Both the position numbers and the translations under genes were made by a program. A stretch of DNA of 64,000 bases from contig NC_087251.1 of NCBI RefSeq assembly GCF_037042905.1, forward strand, positions 8,248,001 to 8,312,000, read 5' to 3'. Source of the stretch: Lytechinus pictus (Eukaryota). The notes beneath the pieces are model-generated. The model was not told where the DNA came from. It did no database searches and saw only the letters and a program-made list of their open reading frames with translations. Positions within the stretch are counted from its first letter, which is position 1; each line of letters opens with the position of its first letter. Of this stretch, positions 61,877 to 64,000 are shown piece after piece.

Positions 61877-63270
61877 TTTTTGTCTTGCCTGCATAGCAGA
61901 GCGAGACTATTGGCGCCGCTTTTCCGAAGGCGGCAGCGTCAACATCAAATCTTAACCGAAGGTAAAGTTTTTGAAATGACAGAATAACTTAGAAAGTATA
62001 TAGACCTAGTCCAAGAAATTTGGACATAATATTAATCAAGTATTACTGAACATCCTACCTTAGATTCAGGTCACATGACCAAGTTCAAAAGTCATTTATG
62101 GTAAATGAACTTAGACCATGTTGGGGGGATCATTATCAAAATCTTAAGTTTTTAAAATGTCATCATAACTTAGAAATTATATGGACCTAGTTCATAAACT
62201 TGGTCAGCAGCTCTATCTCAAAATATCAGCCTTCACGTAGTCTTCGCTCATCATCTGATGCTCTATTGCTCCAGACACCCAGAACAAAACACAAATGGGG
62301 GACCCTGCATTCTCTGTTATAGGACCATAGCTATGGAATCAACTGCCTATCCAATTACGCCAAATTTCATCAACAGAAGCATTCAAGTCCCAGTTGAAAA
62401 CTTGTTTAATCTCCCATAAACAGTTTAATATTGTGTTTATTCAGGAGAATTCAAATTCTATTCTTTTTTGTTTTCTATTGTTGTGTTTTGTGTTTATTTT
62501 CCATGAGCGCCATGAGCACAGAAAGGTGGACCTGTGCGCTATACAAGTAGCCACCATTATCATTATTATCATTAAGGGTAATCAAGTATTACTGAACATC
62601 CTGCCTGAGTTTCGAGTCACATGACCAAGGTCAAAGGTCATTTAGGGTCAATGAACTTTAACCAAGTTGGGGGTATTTGTTGAATGATCATCATAACTTT
62701 GAAATTTTATGGATGTTGTTCATAAAACCTTGACATAAGAGTAATCAGGTATTACTGAACATCCTGTGCGAGTTCCAGGTCACATGAACAAGGTCAAAGG
62801 TCATTTAGTGTCAATGAACTTTGGCCAATTTGAGGGTATTTGCGGAATTACCATTTTAACTTTGAAAGTTTAGGGATCTGGTTCATAAACCATGGACATG
62901 TGAGTAATCAAGTATCGCTGAATATCCATTGCGAGTTTCAGGTCACATTACCAAAGTCCAAGGTCATTTAAGGTCAATGAACTTTGGCCATGTTGAAGGT
63001 AATTGTTAAATTGCCATCATAACTTTGAAAGTTTATGGATATAGTTTATGAAATGTGGGTGTAAGGGTATCAAGTATTACTGAACATCCTGCCTGAGTTT
63101 CAAGTCACCTGACCAAGGTCAAAAGTCATTTAGGGTCAAAGAACTTTAACCAAGTTGGGGGTATTTGTTGAATGATCATCATTACTTTGAAATTTTATGG
63201 ATCTGGTTCATAAAACCTTGACATAAGAGTAATCAGGTATTACTGAACATCCTGACCTTGACCTTGATGC
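61877..63270 (+). mobile_element. Second HINE copy (same family as 58038), 3'-truncated and interrupted by a LINE
   Basis: Same 5' end ttttgtct(t/c)gcctgcatagcagagcgagactat and the same tandem unit (aatcaagtattactgaacatcctgcctgagtttcaggtcacatgaccaaggtcaaaggtcatttagggtcaatgaacttt). Confidence 0.82.
62205..62573 (+). mobile_element. 5'-truncated L2 LINE fragment nested in the HINE array
   Basis: KYQPSRSLRSSSDALLLQTPRTKHKWG/AFSVIGP*LWNQLPIQLRQISSTEAFKSQLKT; tail gagcgccatgag...gcgctatacaagt followed by (ATT/CAT)n. Confidence 0.82.
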
Positions 63271-63284
63271 ATTTAATTAGTCAT

Positions 63285-63487
63285 AAGGATAATAACAATA
63301 ATGATTATGATAATGATAATAACGATAATTATGAAAATAATATTAATGATAATGATAATAATGATGATTAGCCTATTGGTGATGATGATGGTGATGATAA
63401 TGATGATGATAATGATGATGATAATTATAAAAATAATAATGATAAAAATAATGATAATTATGATAAAAATTATAATAATAGTAATAT
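63285..63487. repeat. (AAT/GAT)n low-complexity microsatellite
   Basis: Imperfect triplet run. Confidence 0.92.
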
Positions 63488-64000
63488 GGAACTGATATAT
63501 ATTACAATGTTTGTAATATTTGTTTGTGCTGCATGATATTATCCCAGTTTTATTTGCATGAGAATACCCATTTCCTACACGAGGGTCCCATTGCATAAAA
63601 ATGACTATTATGTTAACTTTGCCATGCAATGGTAGCTGATCAACCAGATGCTGTTCTACAGCCAATCGAAATCAAGGATTCCATGCAAATTACCACTGGA
63701 TGGCAAAGTTACCATAATGGTAACTTTTATGCAACAGGGCCGAGGATGGATAGTGGCTAATTTAAAAAGAAATGCCTTTCCAAAGGACACAAGTGCTAAA
63801 GAAGGATTTGAACTACAGGCTTTGTGGTTCGAAGTTGGGAGACTTATCCACAGAGTCACAACGCCTTGACAGTCATCGTTTAGACACAAATCATTCAGTA
63901 TGATTTTGTATGTGTGTCTGAACAAAGCGCCTGTCTTTATCAAAGCTGTTCAGCACGAAATATTGTATTGACCTGAAAATGATTCTCAAACTTTTACCTA

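Noticed and set aside
63273..63665. Poly-I/M hydrophobic ORFs
   Set aside because: Translations of a simple triplet repeat.

Overview
Eukaryotic, AT-rich, intron-rich animal genomic DNA. The repeat families point to an invertebrate deuterostome, probably a sea urchin (inference, not proven). Two tandem + strand housekeeping genes can be spliced by hand with GT-AG introns and consistent frame. NEMF/Rqc2 (ribosome quality control) contributes its last 28 coding exons at 175-21516; its 5' end is outside the window. SLC4A1AP/kanadaptin (FHA + dsRBD-like) is complete, with 14 exons at 30666-59790 and about 940 aa. Most intronic and intergenic space is nested mobile DNA. The main feature is a structurally complete tyrosine-recombinase retrotransposon (DIRS order, PAT-like) at 40464-47559 on the minus strand, inside the 11.8-kb kanadaptin intron 4. 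It has split direct repeats A1...B1-A2...B2 and encodes gag-CCHC, RT-RNaseH-methyltransferase and an open tyrosine recombinase (YR) ORF. Three TIR elements interrupt it; removing them restores the two pol junctions in frame and restores repeat A1. Between the genes is a three-level nest: a hairpin-ended element, then a foldback with ~1.2-kb arms, then a LINE fragment. Also present are a non-autonomous Helitron, Helentron/DINE-1-like tandem-repeat elements, a Deu-domain SINE, a tRNA-SINE, many MITEs and a 38-bp minisatellite. No CRISPR array, rRNA or real tRNA gene was found. I see no wholly new biological system; the novelty is in the element families and their nesting. All coordinates were read by eye and no database search was run.
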